Of a stretch of DNA of 64,000 bases, positions 63,336 to 64,000 are shown one piece after another. A program made the translations under genes and the position numbers. The notes beneath the pieces are model-generated. The model did not search any database and had not been told where the DNA came from. It saw only the letters and a list, made by a program, of their open reading frames with translations. The first letter of the stretch is position 1; every line of letters begins with the position of its first letter. The stretch comes from Eledone cirrhosa (lineage: Eukaryota): positions 83,390,001 through 83,454,000 of the forward strand of contig OZ024745.1 in the NCBI GenBank assembly GCA_964016885.1. Reading direction: 5' to 3'.

Positions 63336-64000
63336 ATGACCTCACTCAGAATAGGCAGCATAAATGCGCGTGGCTTGGGGTCGTCATGGAAGCAGGGCCA
63401 CCTGCTCAACGACCTCAGGTCACTAAACATAGATGTAGTGGCCATCAGCGAGACCAGAATCTCCGAAGCACAGGCTTTCGCACCGATCTTCGGCGGCTAC
63501 GATGTGTACGCATCTCCCAGCCGTCCGGGATCGGGGGGAGGAGTTGCTGTGCTTTTTCGGAGAGGTTTGGATCTTGCCATACGGGCCATCTTCCTGGACC
63601 CAGAAGGTAAGTTGGTGGTGCTGGACGTGACCAGCGGAGACGGGCAAGCTTTCAGGTTAGTGGCCGTCTATGCCCCGACAGGAGCAGGGCGGCCTGATTT
63701 CTTCCGGCGTTTGGAGACCTTTCTTGGAACGTCCCGCTCTTTAGTGTTAGTGGGCGACTGGAACGGGATCTTAGATGCACGCTGGGATTGTGTGGGATTA
63801 GTGGATAGGGAAGGAGGGTGCAAGAGTCTCACCAACCTGCTCAGACGTTTTGAACTGTCTGACAGGTACCGAATGGATTTCCCGAATGTACCAATGTGGA
63901 CTTCGACAAATCGCATAGGGTCATCCAGATCATATCTAGATAGAGTATTTTGTAGGGAAATAGATAGGTCTAGCATAGGCTGTCCACAATTCAAGATAGT
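63336..64000 (+). CDS. Tx1/L1-clade ORF2, APE endonuclease domain (open to the window end)
   Basis: Manual translation from ATG 63336: MTSLRIGSINARGL..VVAISETR..GGVAVLF..LVAVYAP..LVGDWNG..SYLDRVF, with no stop before 64000. Absent from the ORF track because there is no stop. Confidence 0.92.
   Translation, partial: MTSLRIGSINARGLGSSWKQGHLLNDLRSLNIDVVAISETRISEAQAFAPIFGGYDVYASPSRPGSGGGVAVLFRRGLDLAIRAIFLDPEGKLVVLDVTSGDGQAFRLVAVYAPTGAGRPDFFRRLETFLGTSRSLVLVGDWNGILDARWDCVGLVDREGGCKSLTNLLRRFELSDRYRMDFPNVPMWTSTNRIGSSRSYLDRVFCREIDRSSIGCPQFKI

Overview
AT-rich eukaryotic DNA in which I recognise no host protein-coding exon. The SINE repertoire and dense (TA)n tracts suggest a coleoid cephalopod such as Octopus; this is inference only. 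The window is a mosaic of transposable elements. 1-27 kb holds CRE-clade RLE retrotransposons, mariner remnants, RTE-like 3' ends and many tRNA-derived SINEs. 27.5-43.7 kb is a cluster of Penelope-like elements (RT + GIY-YIG) and non-coding pseudo-LTR-type inverted repeats in (TA)n tracts. It contains seven foldable type I hammerhead ribozymes with canonical cores, two of three copies of a non-canonical CAGAAGA-core hammerhead (the third is at ~4.3 kb), a retrozyme-like 341-bp unit and a tandem array of tRNA-like Pol III cassettes. 43.7-46 kb holds non-autonomous Helitron-like elements. 46-64 kb is an alternating stack of Tx1/L1-clade LINEs (+) and R4/Dong-clade elements (-) sharing (ATT/TAA)n tracts. 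The main SINE resembles the Tx1 3' tail and its TSDs start with ATTAT. All folds and alignments were done by eye, so element boundaries are approximate.
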